In this document: in pieces, positions 48,968 through 62,346 of the stretch
Layout: each line of letters starts with the position of its first letter
Numbering within the stretch: position 1 is the stretch's first letter
Origin: Mobula hypostoma
Taxonomy: Eukaryota
Assembly: GCF_963921235.1 (NCBI RefSeq)
Contig: NC_086108.1
Location: 53,694,001-53,758,000, forward strand
Reading direction: 5' to 3'
DNA: 64,000 nucleotides
The notes under the pieces: model-generated
Database searches by the model: none
Told to the model about the DNA's origin: nothing
What the model saw: the letters and a program-made list of their open reading frames with translations, nothing else
Program-made: the position numbers and the translations under genes

Positions 48968-51900
48968 ATAGAACATAGAACATAGAATAGTACAGCACAG
49001 TACAGGCCCTTCGGCCGACATAGTTATGCAGACCCTCAAACCCTGCCTCCCATATAACCCCCCATCTTAAATTCCTCCATATACCTGTCTAGTAGTCTCT
49101 TAAACTTCACGAGTGTATCTGCCTCCACCACTGACTCAGGCAGTGCATTCCATGCACGAACCACTCACTGAGTAAAAAACCTTCCTCTAATATCCCCCTT
49201 GAACTTCCCACCCCTTACCTTAAAGCCATGTCCTCTTGTATTGAGCAGTGGTGCCTTGGGGAAGAGTCGCTGGCTATCTACTCTATCTATTCCTCTTAAT
49301 ATCTTATACACCACTATCGTGTCTCCTCTTATCCTCCTTCTCTCCAAAGAGTAAAGCCCTAGCTCCCTTAATCTCTGATCATAATGCATACTCTCTGAAC
49401 CAGGCAGCAACCCGGTAAATCTCCTCTGTACCCTTTCCAATGCTTCCACATCCTTCCTATAGTAAGGTGACCAGAACTGGACACAGTACTCCAAGTGTGG
49501 CCTAACCAGAGTTTTATAGAGCTGCATCATTACATCGCGACTCTTAAACTCTATTCCTCGACTTATGAAAGCTAACACCCCATAAGCTTTCTCCAGATCC
49601 CTCTGCTCCTCCACACTACCAAGTATCCTGCCATTTACTTTGTACTCTGCCTTGGAGTTTGTCTTTCCCAAGTGTACCACCTCACATTTCTCCTGGTTGA
49701 ACTCCATCTGCCACTTCTCAGCCCACTTCTGCATCCTATCAATGTCTCTCTGCAATCTTCGACAATCCTCTACGCTATCTACAACACCACCAACCTTTGT
49801 GTCTTATGCAAACTTGCCAACCCACCCTTCTACCCCCACATTCAAGTCATTAATAAAAATCATGAAAAGTAAAGGTCCCAGAACAGATCTTTGTGGGACA
49901 CCACTAGTTACAATCCTCCAATCTGAATGTACTCCCTCCATCACGACCCTCTGCCTTCTGCAGGCAAGTCAATTCTGAATCCACCTGGCCAAACTTCCCT
50001 GGATCCCATGCCTTCTGACTTTCTGAATAAGCCTACCATGTGGAACCTTGTCAAGTGCCTTACTAAAATCCATATAGATCACATCCACTGCACTACCCTC
50101 ATCTATATGCCTGGTCACCTCAAGGAATTCTATCAGGCTTGTTAGACATGATCTGCCCTTCACAAAGCCATGCTGACTGTCCCTGATCAGACCATGATTC
50201 TCTAAATGCCCATAGATCCTATCTCTAAGAATCTTTTCCAACAGCTTTCTCACCACAGACGTAAGGCTCACTGGTCTATAATTACCCGGACTATCCCTAC
50301 TACCTTTTTTGAACAAGGGGACAACATTCTCCTCCCTCCAATCCTCCGGTACTATTCCCGTGGACAACGAGGACATAAAGATCCTAGCCAGAGGCTCAGC
50401 AATCTCTTCTCTCGCCTCATGGAGCAGCCTGGGGAATATTCCGTCAGGCCCTGGGGACTTATCCATCATAATGTATTTTAACAACTCCAACACCTCCTCT
50501 CTCTTAATATCAACATGCTTCAGAACATCAACCTCACTCATATTGTCCTCACCATCATCAAGTTCCCTCTCATTGGTGAATACCGAAGAGAAGTATTCAT
50601 TGAGGACCTCGCTCACTTCCACAGCCTCCAGACACATATTCCCACCTTTATCTCTAATCGTTCCTACCTTCACTCCTGTCATCCTTTTGTTCTTCACATA
50701 ATTGAAGAATGCCTTGGGGTTTTCCTTTACCCTACTCGCCAAGGCCTTCTTATGCCCCCTTCTTGCTCCTCTCTTTTCTTTTTAAATCTTTTTATTAACT
50801 TTTCAAAGTTATAAACTCAGTAACAAAGTTAGTACAAAGAGATTGGAATATTGTTCATCAGCATATATAAAATGAATTTTAAGTAACATAGATATAAAAG
50901 ACTTCCAAACTCATAATGAAATTAATCATTAAAAAAAGAAATAGAAAGAAAAGAAATATATAAACAAAAAAAAACCCAAAAGAAAAAAAGAACCCCCCCC
51001 AAAAAAAAAGCAAAACAGGGCTAGACCAACAGCATGTACCAGACACGTTCAATAATGTCGTTAACTCCGCTCCTGTCATCATGTAATTTAAGTTTAGAAA
51101 AAAGATTCGGAAAGGTCAGATTACATCATATGAAAATGTTGCATAAAAGGTTTCCAAGTTTCTTCAAATTTAATCGAAGGGTCAAAAATTTAACTTCTAA
51201 TTTTTTCTAAATTTAAACTTAATATGGTTTGAGAAAACCATTGGAATGTAGTTGGAGGATTAGTTTCCTTCCAATTCAACGAAACAGATCTCCTCGCCAT
51301 TAAAGTAACAAAAGCTATCATTCGACAGGCTGAAGAAGACAAAGATCTATGTTCTACCATTGGCAATCCAAAGATTGCCATAATAGGATGGGGTTTTAAA
51401 TCGAAGCGTAGAATTGTTGAAATAATATCAAAAATGTCTTTCCAATATTTTTCCAAAAGAGGACAGGACCAAAACATATGAGTTAAAGAAGCCACTTCAG
51501 AGTGACATCTATCACAAGTAGAGTTTATATGGGAATAAAAACGAGCTAGTTTATCTTTGGACATATGAGTTCTGTGTACTACTTTAAATTGTATTAATGT
51601 ATGTTTAGCACATATAGAAGAAGTACTAACTAATTGAAAAATGTTTTCCCATTTCTCTATAGGTAGGGAAAGTTGAAGTTCCCTTTCCCATTCATTTTTT
51701 ATTTTATCAGATATATCTGGCTGTAATTTCATAATTATATCATAAATTATTACTATTAATCCCTTCTGCAAAGGATTAAAACCTAAAATTTTATCAAAAA
51801 TGCCAGAAGGATTTGAAGTCGGAAAGGTAGGCAACATAGTATTTTAAAAATTTCTTATTTGTAGGTATCTAAAAAAATGGGATCTAGGCAAATCAAATTT

Positions 51901-53237
51901 CTCAGATAACTGCTCAAAAGACATAAAGCAGTTATCCAGAAATAGATCATGAAAACATATTATACCTTTCGTTTACCATATCAAAAAGGCTTGGTCCATT
52001 ACCGAGGTATGGAAAAAGAAATTAGATATAATAGGGCTTGATAACATAAATTCATTCAGGCCAAAAAATTTATGAAATTGAAACCATATTCGCAATGTAT
52101 GTTTAACTATGAAAATTTGTTTATTCAATTTAGATAGTGCAAAAGGCAGTGAAGTTCCTAAAATGGAAGCTAAAGAAAACCTTTGTACAGAATGGCCTTC
52201 AAGGTTTACCCAATATGGGCTTGGAGTTGTATTCCAATCTTGTGTCCAGAATATTAAATATCGGATATTAATTGCCCAATAGTAAAATCTTAGGATAAGC
52301 AATGCCAAACCACCCTCTTTCTTAGATTTCTGTAAGTATTTTTTACTTAATCTGGGATTTCTATTTTGCCATATGTAAGAGGAAATTTTAGAGTCAATAG
52401 TATCAAAAAAAGATTTAGGAATAAAAATCGGTATCACTTGAAATAAATATAAAAATTTGGGTAAAATAATCATTTTAATAGCATTAATACAGCCAATCAG
52501 TGATAGAGACAAAGGGGACCATTTAGTAATCAGTTGTTTAACCTGATTAATTAATGGTAAAAGGTTGAAATTGAATAGATCCTTATGTCTCTTAGTAATT
52601 TTAACTCCCAATTTTAACTCTTCTCAGCCCCTTCTTAAGCTCCTTTCTTGCTTCCCTATAATCCTGAATAGACCCATCTGATCCTTGCTTCCTAAACCTC
52701 ATGTATGCTGCCTTTTTCCACCTGACTAGATTTTCCACCTCACTTGTCACCCATGGTTCCTTCACCCTACCATTCTTTATCTTCCTCACCAGGACAAATT
52801 TATCCCTAACATCCTGCAAGAGATCTCTAAACATCGACCACATGCCCATAGTATATTTCTCTGCAAAAACATCATCCCGATTCACATCTGCAAGTTCTAG
52901 CCTCACAGCCTCATAATTTGCCCTTCCCCAATTCAAAATTTTCCTGTCCTCTCTGATTCTATCCTTTTCCATGATAATGCTAAAGGCCAGGGAGCGGTGG
53001 TCACTGTCCCCCAGATGCTCACCCACTGAGAGATCTGTGACCTGACCTGGTTCATTACCTAGTACTAGATCTAGTATGGCATTCCCCCTAGTCGGCCTGT
53101 CAACATAACTGTGACAGGAATCCGTCCTGGACACACTTAACAAACTCTGCCCCATCTAAACCCTTGGAACTAATCAGGTGCCAATCAGTATTAGGGAAGT
53201 TAAAGTCACCCATGATAACAACCCTGTTATTTTTGCA
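48968..53237 (-). mobile_element. Young 5'-truncated CR1 LINE, copy 2 (48968-50773 and 52618-53237), split by L1
   Basis: Near-identical to copy 1. ORFs 49165-49755, 49969-50742, 52601-53155. Stop codon in the FADD motif, in-frame 54-bp deletion near 49590. Confidence 0.95.
50774..52617 (-). mobile_element. 5'-truncated L1-clade LINE
   Basis: KWSPLSLSLIG.INAIKMIILPKFLYLFQ, KKEGGLAL...FYYWA, zinc knuckle CDRCHSEVASLTHMFWSC, AATAAA + A-rich tail, TSD ctcctctc (50766-73) / ctcttctc (52618-25). Confidence 0.93.
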
Positions 53238-54424
53238 GAAGGTGATAAGGACAAATGTGTGAAAGAAAAACTGATGTATGGGAGCATAATGTGAATAACT
53301 GGAATAATATGTCATGTGCTGTGAATGACAGCATTGGAAACATATTTTACTGTGAGTGACACTGTATAAATGTGTTGTACTTGGAAAGGTTTTGGGGAAA
53401 ATCAAGGATTGATTGGAAGGACATCGCATCAGAGATTACCTACACCAGTGATCCTATTCCACTGTGACATCTCTGGGAAAGGAGGGGCAAGCCCAGATTT
53501 AGGAAAGCATTCAGTCAGGGAGAATGCAATAGCAAGCAATGCAATAGAAGCAAAGTGGTTGTTGTAACACTTTCATTGTAACAGCTTCGTTCGGTTTGGC
53601 TAAAATTCTAACGTAAATCATGATGATCCTTTATCTTATCTATAATGAGATTGAGGTACAACTGAGTTTTAACTATCTGCATATGTCTTTTTTTTAAAGA
53701 AGTATTTTCACTGATTTTCTCAGACAGTTGATTACTTTGATGCCTGTCCAGACTTTCAGCATGAATTTTGTTAAATCTGTATCTATGAGGAGAGACAGAA
53801 TTCCAGACTGTTAAGTGCTGGTATGCCAAAACATTTTTTGGGTAGTCTTAAAGGATTAAGCTGAGAAATGGACTGCATGGAAGTCCGCAGGGCAAAATGA
53901 CTTTGATCCAAGTAGCTACGCATACTGTTGGTGTGGGAAATATAAATACCATGGCAGGGCAATGCTTTTCTGAAAGTGGGAGATTAAAGCACAGATTATC
54001 AGAATTACAAGTTTAATTCAATCATTGCAACTTTAGTTTAGTCACAGTGATTGCTGCCAGATTTGGACTGAGTGTCACTTTATGGAAGTTGGGACACTAA
54101 GATTGAAATGTGTCCTGGGTCATAGATTCTAAATGTGATAGTGATACAATAATAGTGGACAAGCCTATTCATCTCCACTGTTGATATCTGGTCAATAGAA
54201 TCAATATTCTAAGATGGAGTTCAATGCGCATGGGATGCAATTACATTTTCAACTTGGTTTTCCGGAGACCTGTGTGAACTAACCAGTTTTAACTTGATTT
54301 CAAATCCCACCATGTGATCTGTATTCACTCAACTCAATGCAAACAGAAACTGCTAGCTCTGTAGTGGTGACAGGTGCCCTTCACGGGAGAAAATCTAAAC
54401 CTCTTTGCATGGTCTATGTCGACC

Positions 54425-55350
54425 ATAAGACATAGGAGAAGAATTAGGCTATTCAGCCCATTAAGTCTGCCCAGCCATTCCATATATAACCATATAACAA
54501 TTACAGCACGGAAACAGGCCATCTCGGCCCTTCTAGTCCATGCCCAACCTAGTCCCACCAACCTATCATGGTTAATTTATTACCCCTCTCAATCCCATTC
54601 TCCTGCCTTCTCCCTGGTAACCATTGAGACCCTTACTAATCAAGAATCTATCAACCTCTGCTTTGGTCACCTCAGTATAGGAAGGATGTGGAAACTATAG
54701 AAAGAGTGCAGAGGTGATTTACAAGGATGTTGCCTGGATTGGGGAGCATGCCATATGAGAATAGGTTGAGTGAACTTGGCCTTTTCTCCTTGGAGTGACG
54801 GAGGATGAGAGGTGACCTGATAGAGGTGTATACAATGATGAGAGACATTGATTGTGCTGATAGTTAGAGGCTTTTTCTCAGGGCTGAAATGGCTAACACA
54901 AGAGGACACAGTTTTAAGGTGATTGGAAATAGATACAGAGGAGATGTCAGGCGGTAAGTTTTTACGCAGAGAGTGGTGAGTGCGTGGAATGGGCTGCCGG
55001 CGATGAAGGTGGAGGATTTAAGAGACTCCTGGATAGGTACATGGAACTTAGAAAAAGTGAGGGCTATGGGTAACCCGAGGTAATTTCTAAAGTAAAGTAC
55101 GTGTTTGGCTCAGCATTGTGGGCCAAAGGGCCTGTATTGTGCTGTAGGTTTTCCATATTTCTATGTTAAATATACCCAATGACTTGGCTTCCATAAACAT
55201 CTCTGGCAATGGATTCTACAGATTCACCACAATCTGGCTAGAGAAATTCTTCCTCATCTCTGTTATCCTTGTACTCTGAGACTGTGTCCTCTGATCCTAG
55301 GCTACCCCACTATAGGAAACATCCTCTTCATGTTCACTCTATCTAGGCTT
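54425..55350. mobile_element. Nest of three CR1 3' ends
   Basis: Minus-strand host CR1 (54425-54664, 55167-55350) holds a short minus-strand CR1 tail (about 54481-54560) and a plus-strand CR1 3' end (54665-55166, same subfamily as 23533-24055). Confidence 0.8.
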
Positions 55351-55759
55351 GATTCTTAACTGCACTCAGAGATGGCCTAATGATCCTGTCATTTACTGCT
55401 CTGTTACTTACAGTCAGTGTTCATGAAGGCAACTTGTTAGCAGCTTCTCAAGGGATAGGCAATAAAAGTTGGCTTTTTCTAGTAAATGCATTTTGTAAAG
55501 GTTTTAAAAAAATCTGCACATTCTAAAAAGTGCAGGTGTTTTTAAAAATCATTACAAAATGCATTTATTACACAGAACAGAAGATGAACAATTTGTGTTT
55601 AATCCCTTTTATCTTATATGACCCAAACATTTGTTTCCTTTATGTGTACTTAAGTTTTCAAAGAGCTGGGTGAAGCAAGGCATGATCCAAGTCCCATAGC
55701 TGTTTCCTTTTTTCACTGTAACTTCCCTCTAAGAAACAAAAGTTCACCGCTTTTTTTAT

Positions 55760-57530
55760 ATATAGATTTATACAGCAGATAAGCAGACTCTTTGGCCCAA
55801 TTGGTCTATTCCAATAAAGATGCCCATCCAAGCTTGTCTCAACCTTTGAAACCTGTGTACCTGTCCAACTGACCTTTCAAAGTTGTTATTGTACCTTTCT
55901 CAACCACTTCCTCCTGCAGCTCATTCTCTATATGTTCCAATCTGTATAAAATAAAGTTGCCCATCAAGTTCCTTTGAAATCTCTCCTCTCTCACTTTAAA
56001 CCGGAACTCCCCAGTCCTTGATTCCCCAAGTCTGGGAAAAGACTAAGTGCATTTACCATGTCTCTGCCCCTCATATATACTCCTACAATCCATGGAAGAG
56101 AGACCAAGCCTGACCAACCTCTCCCTATAACTCAATCCCTTGAGTTCTGGCAATATCCTTGTAAATATTTTCTACAGCAACGTCCAGAAAATGCCAGAGG
56201 AATACAGCAGGCCGGGCAGCATCTATGAAGGGGAATGAACAGTCGATGTTTCCAGCCAAGACCCTTCATCAAGACTGAAAGAGACCAGAATAAGAAAGTG
56301 GGAGGAGGGGGAAGGAGTACAAGCTGGCTGGTGATAGGTGAAAGCAGGTGAGGGGGAAAGTGGGTGAGTTGTGGGTGGGGTTTGAAGGCAGAAGCTGAGA
56401 AGTGATAGGTGGAAGAGGTAAAGGGATGAAGAAGGAGGAATCTGATCGGAGAGGACAGTGGACCATGGGAGAAAAGGGAGGAGAAGGGGCATCACAGGAA
56501 AGTGACGGGCAGGTAAGGAGAAGGAAAGAGTTAAGAGGGGAGCCTGAAATGGGAATGGTAAAGGAGAGGGGAGGGAAAGAATCACTAAACGTTAGAGAAA
56601 TTGATGTTCATGCCATCAGTTTGGAGGCTGTACCCAGACAGAATATGAGGTGTTGCTCCTCCAGCCTGAGAGTGGCCTCGTTGCAACAGTAGAGGAGCCC
56701 ATGGGCTGACGTGTCAGAATGGGAATGGGAAGTGGAATTAAAATGGGTGGCCACTGGAAAACACCCACCGTCTGTAGCAGATGGAGCAAAGGTGTTTGAC
56801 AAATGGGTTCCCCAATCTACATCTGGTCTCCCCAATATGGAGGAGGCCGCACTGAGAGCACCAGATACAGTAGCAGGTGAAGTGTCAGCCGCCTCATCTG
56901 GAAGGACTATTTGGCGCTCTGAAAGGTGATGAGGGGGGAGGGGTAGCTGCTTGCAGGTATAAGTGCCAGGAGGGAGATCAGTGGGCAGGGACAAGTGGAC
57001 AACAGGGTCACGTAGAGAGAAAATCCCTGCAGAAAGCAGAGAGTGGTGGGGAGATGTGTTTAGTCATATGATCCCAATGAAGGTGACGGAAGTTACTGAG
57101 AATAATTTGTTGGACTTGGAAACTCATGGGTGGTAGGTGAACTCCATCTCATTTATGGGAATGGGAAGATGGGATGAGGGCAGATGTCTGGGAAATGGAG
57201 GAGATGCTGGTGAGGGTGGCATTGATGATAGAGGGTGAGAAATATTTTTGACACACTTACCAGTTTAATAACATCTTTCCTATAGGTGGGTGACCAAAAC
57301 TGAGCATAATACTTCGTGTGACATCACCAGTGTCTTATACAACTGCAACATAACTTCTCAACTTCTATACTCAATGGCCTGACTGAAGAGTGCCAACATA
57401 CAAAAAGCCTTCTTCACCAACCTGTATACCTGGAACTACTCTTTCAGGGAACCTTGTACCTGAACTCAACACTTCCCAGCGCCCAAATGTTCACTGTGAC
57501 AGTCCTACCTTGATTTGACTTTAGAATTTG
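55760..57530 (-). mobile_element. Older CR1 3' part (55760-56176 and 57240-57530) split by a PLE
   Basis: CR1 remnants are colinear across the insertion (Y.QFWSPTYRKDV on the right, FTRILPELK on the left). Confidence 0.75.
56177..57239 (-). mobile_element. Neptune-type PLE 3' part with pseudo-LTR and hammerhead remnant (56240-56277)
   Basis: PPGTYTCK, FPVATHFNSTSHSHSD, RLEEQHLIFCLG (ORF 56608-56994). Motif cagtc-TTGATGA-agggtcttggctg-GAAA-c-ATC-gactg. Confidence 0.9.
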
Positions 57531-57684
57531 CAATATATTTCTGTGAATTGTATATGTGTATTACAGAATGCAAGGGTCCCCTTTAAAAATTTTAAATGCT
57601 TATTGAGTGAGGGAGAAAACTGAGTCTATATTGATGGTGGGTGACCTAAAGCAGAAATGGCCAATTCCAATATAGAGAAGGTGA

Positions 57685-58370
57685 CTTACCTGAAGTTGTA
57701 GCATTTGATATTGCATTCCAAAGGCTGCAACATTTTCAGAGAGAAGAAGGGATGCTGTTCCTCAATTTCCATTTGGATTTGTTACAACAGTACAGGATGC
57801 CATGGATAGATTGGTCAGAGTAGAGATGGGATGGGTAACTAAAGGATAAGTAACTAGAAGTTCATGATCACCCCTGTGAACTGAACATAGGGGTTCCATA
57901 GACCAGTCACCCAAACTGCATTTAGCTTCTCCAGTGTAGAGGAGACCACAAAGTGCAATAGACTTGATTAAAAGAAGCACAGGTAAATTGCTGCTTCACC
58001 TGGAAGGAATGCTCCAGTCACTGGATGATGAAAAGGGAAGAAGTAAAGGGGTTGTTTGCATAAACAGGTCTGATGATGAGACTTTCCACTTCAGTACCTC
58101 CGAAATGTCTTCCTTCGTTCTGAGCCATGACTTCCCCTCATAGCTGGTAACTACATTTATTTCCCACATATCTCTTCACCTCCACATTCAACAGATTATC
58201 TTTCTCAATTTCCGTCATCTTCAATGAGATTCCAGCCTTCTCCACAAGTCTTCTCCTCCACGTCTTAGCATTATGAAACAACTGTTTCCTTTGCAAATTC
58301 TGGGTCCTCTCTTCCATCTTTCCCACTCAGACCATTCACATTTAGTTTCCCATGCAAACTCAGCATGTCC
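57685..58370. mobile_element. Two old PLE fragments in opposite orientation (57685-58055 minus; 58065-58370 plus)
   Basis: CGLLYTGEAKCSLGD (ORF 57762-57980); SDDETFHFSTSEMSSF RT-thumb remnant. Confidence 0.65.
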
Positions 58371-58379
58371 AAGTGAATG

Positions 58380-58895
58380 ATTTGCTAACAGCTGGTACTC
58401 AGGTTTAGAAAATAATTAGAAAAGCCAATAGGATCTTTCATACTTATTGTGAGAATACAAATATATGGGGATTGCTTCATTTATGGAGGCAGTTGCCTTT
58501 TTATTTCGGAAGGGATGTTTGTAGTTTGGAAGAAGTTCAATGAAGATTTACCGGATTGATACCTGGAATGGGCAGGTAGACTTACGAAGACAGGGTTGGA
58601 CAGACTATATGTGTATCATTGGAGCTCAGAGGAATGGAGACAACTTGATGAAACCCATAAGATTCCAAGGGGATTGACACGATGGATACACAGAGGACAC
58701 TTCCAGTTGTGAATAATCTGGAATCAGTGGCCACTTCTGAAAAATAAATAGTTATTGAAGCAGAAGTAGATACTTGCTAAACAAGGAGAATGCAAGTTTA
58801 TTTTGGGTAGATGGAAATGTGAAGCTGAAGTTACACACTTGGTATTGAGGGGCAGAGCAGGCTGAAGGGGCTGAGTGGCCTCCTCCTGTTCGTGA
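58380..58895 (+). mobile_element. Old CR1 3' part
   Basis: FRKDVCSLEEVQ*RFTGLIPGM; UTR gaaggggctgagtggcctcctcctgttc. Confidence 0.75.
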
Positions 58896-60461
58896 TTTGC
58901 ATGGCAGTCTCTTTCTGTTTCACCTGTTCATCTTTCATTGCAGCAGACACCAAACTAAGAGAGGGAACTGTTGATTTTGAAGCCCACTGTACACCTTGAA
59001 CAGCTGTTTGGAATGTCAGATATCCAGCAGAGTATATTCCTTTTATTCTTGGCACATTGGGAATATTTTCCAATTCAGTTGGTTGAAAGTAACAAAATTC
59101 AGTGGCATGCAGCCATCCGAGGAATTTGAATCAGGCATTCTGCAGCTCCTTTTTCAAAAGCAAAGGTTAATTGTTGTAACCTTTGGCAAAACTGACAGCC
59201 AGAAACACAGGAGGAGAGGAAAATTTTCCGTTTGAAACTGCAACATTTTTTCCATCCTCTCGTGTTTGATGCTGTGCATCTCAGTGGACTGCCACAGAAC
59301 TCCCAATGGAATGGACTACCCATACTGTTAGTCAGAAATCTACTGTCAGCTAAGCCTCAAGTAGAATGTAATGTTAGATTCAGAGGATCTTTGTTTTAGA
59401 AACAAAACGTGAAATGTTATATCCTTAAGGTGGTAGATTTCAATCTGGCAAATCAGTTTAAGAGGTTGGCCGGTTTTCTAATTTCCATTATTTTGGGCAT
59501 TCACTGCAAGCGCAAACGATCCACAAGGCTTCATGACAAATTGATTTATCTGCCTGGGTGTAAAGATTGCATTCTGGATGCATTATTGGGGAATTGAACA
59601 CAATCTAGGGTTCTGTTTAATCTCTGAGTACTGTGGCAGAGTGATTATGGCAAGCTGATTGTTCTGTGATGTATCTTGGCTGCAGTGGATGTGATAAACT
59701 GGCAAATTCCAGAGGCAGATGAGCAAACTCCCAGTCACATCTACTGAGTTGTCAGTAATTTCCTGGATTGAAACTGGATTATCTTTGTCCCAGCAGAGAG
59801 GCTGTAAACAAACCTATCTTGATGAATTTAACCTTGGTTTCTTAATGCATTGCCACACCTATAATTGGGTTCAGAATTAGTATTTATATATTATGTAAGG
59901 AGTTTTAAAGTGGAAAAATTACCATCTAATCTTGCAAACTCCTTTCATCAAAGTCCATATAGAGTCCACCCTTTCAGATTCTACTGAGTTCATTTATTAT
60001 CCAGACAGAAACTAATGAATGAAAGCTCCAAGGTATCAAATGTCCCATCTCCCTTGTTCTATTTTGACTTATTACCCTTCTTATATCTTGACCCATATCA
60101 GCAACAGGGGATCATTGCAGTCTGTGCATTCCATAGAAGCTCAAATCCCTTTTAAAGTATAGTCTGCCGAAAGAACTTTTTGTTTCCCTGAGGGGTCTTT
60201 GTTACATTTGTGCTCCAAAGTTATATAATTGGATATCTGTTTGATGCAGATTTTCTCCATTCTTTTTGAAAGCACAACATTTACTGTGGCTTGAATTCAT
60301 GGACACTGACAGCTCATCTGTCTTGTTCAAGTGAACTATTCTTCATGAAAAGTGGGTACTTTGGCTTGTTGAGTTGCATAAAGAACCACATTAAAACCTG
60401 ATTTTGTTTGTTGGTAACTTGTGTAGTCCACTGGATACCGTCTCTGCCTGGCTGAGAATAA

Positions 60462-60566
60462 TAGGCTTACATTTATTTTGCCCTTTTTATGATGTCTGTG
60501 TGCCTCAAAGCACTTCACAGGCAACAAAGTAGTTTCTCAGTGTTGTCACTGTAGTAATGTAGCCAA
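60462..60566 (-). mobile_element. Deu-SINE 3' end fragment
   Basis: caaagcacttcacaggcaacaaagtagtttctcagtgttgtcactgtagtaatgtag. Confidence 0.55.
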
Positions 60567-60859
60567 GGGCACTGGCATGCCGACTGCCATCCTAAGTGAA
60601 AGAATCTAATTCATCATAAACTGAGAATTGGACTGGAACTCATTAACTTGATCCACTTTGATGAAAATGGGTCAATTTTTCATTCTGAGTTATTTGTTAC
60701 CTTTTAATGCAATCTAGCATTCATTTACCACCCTCTCTTTGTAGCATTATCCCCTTCTTTCCACAGTTTGACACTTTACATGCTGCTAAGACTTTGCCAG
60801 TGAGACATGCTGTATTCTTGTCATGACCCTACCAGTCTGAGGTCAGCTTGCACGACACC

Positions 60860-62075
60860 AGCAGGTCTTTCTGGTCTTGGTGCTTCAGTACTTCATCTGT
60901 TTTAGTGGTGAGCCACTGTCTTCATTGTTAAATTGCAGCAACCATCATGACATTGCTATTTTAATTTGCACACAGAAGAACTTTGATGTCCTCCTTCTTC
61001 AAAGAACGGATATCAGAGATGTTCTCCTTCAAAGAATGGTGTTTCCCCTTCTCCAGCATTGATAGTACCCTAACCCACATCTCCTCCATTTCCTGAACAT
61101 CCATGCTTACCCCATCTTCCCGCCACCTTAACTGTGATAGTTCCTCTTGACCTTCCCTACCGCCCCATGATCTTCCAATCTTCCACCATCTCAAAAGGCA
61201 TCTGACCACCGAGCACATCTTTACCTCTCCCCCCACCCCAGTTTTCCACAGGGATCGCTCCCCCTGTGATTCCCTCGTCCATTTGTCCCTCCCCACTAAT
61301 CTCCCTTCCGACACTTATCCCTGCAAGTGGCCAAAGTGCCACACCTACCCATTCACCTCCTCCCTCACCTCCATTCAGAGACCCAAACTGCCCTTCCAGG
61401 TGAGGCACACTTCACCTGCAAATCCAGAGGGGTTGTCTATTGTGTCCGGTGCTCTCGATGTTGCCTCTTTTACGTTGGTGAGACCTGTCAAAAATTGGGT
61501 CTGCTTCGCTGTACACCTCCACTCCATCTGACAGAAGCGGAACTTCCCAGTGACCAAACATTTTAATTGTGATTCCCATTCCCATTCTGACATGTGTTCC
61601 ATGGCCTCCTCTTGTGCCACGATGAGGCCACCCTCAGGGTGGAGGATCAGCACCTTGTATTCCATCTGGGTAGCTTCCAACCTGATAGCATGGATATCGA
61701 TTGCTCTTTCTGGTTTAAAAAAAAATTCCCTCCCCCCGCCTTCTCTTCTTTTGTTCCCCACTCTGGTTTCTTACTGTTTCTCACATGTCTATCACTTCCC
61801 CAGGGCCTTTCCTCCCTCGCTTTCTCAAATGGTCCACTCTCCTGTCCTATCAGATTCCCTCCTCTCCAGCCCTTTATCTTTTCTAACCACCTGGCTTCAC
61901 CTATCACCTTCTAGCTATCCCCCTTCCCCTCCCCCGCCCACCTTTATATTCCAGCAACTTCCGCTTCCTTTCCAGTCCTGAAGAAGGCTGCTGGCCCAAA
62001 ACATTAAATGTTTGTTCATTTCCATGGATGCTACCTGACCTGCTGAGTTCCTCCAGTATTTTGTGTGTGTTGTTT
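60860..62075 (+). mobile_element. Neptune-type PLE 3' part (Cys linker, GIY-YIG, pseudo-LTR with decayed hammerhead 61973-62010)
   Basis: TYPCKWPKCHTYP (decayed CX4CX2C linker), GVVYCVRCSRCCLFYVGET, RVEDQHLVFHLGSFQPDSMDID. Confidence 0.9.
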
Positions 62076-62346
62076 TGAAATGAGACCTTGGTTTCATTTC
62101 ATGCCCCATCTCTTCCTCACTGCAGCTGCTGATCAAAAATAAAATCCAGACCATCCGCAACAGGCCGACAACAAATGCCATTTCATTGGCTCTTCACTGA
62201 ACCCTGGAACATCTGACAGCAAAGAAGCACACATCAGGATACTCTCCATTGACTACATCTCTGCATTCAATACTATCATCTCCTCAAAGCTAATCAATAA
62301 GTTCCAAGACCTTGGCTGCAATACCTCCTTGTGCAACTGGTTTCTT

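Noticed and set aside
30505..53237. Segmental duplication explaining the two CR1 copies
   Set aside because: Flanks are unrelated and the 5' ends differ.
58066..58113. CTGATGA...GAAAtGTC resembling another hammerhead
   Set aside because: No stem I pairing (aggt vs ttcc); the stretch reads as PLE coding sequence SDDETFHFSTSEMSSF.
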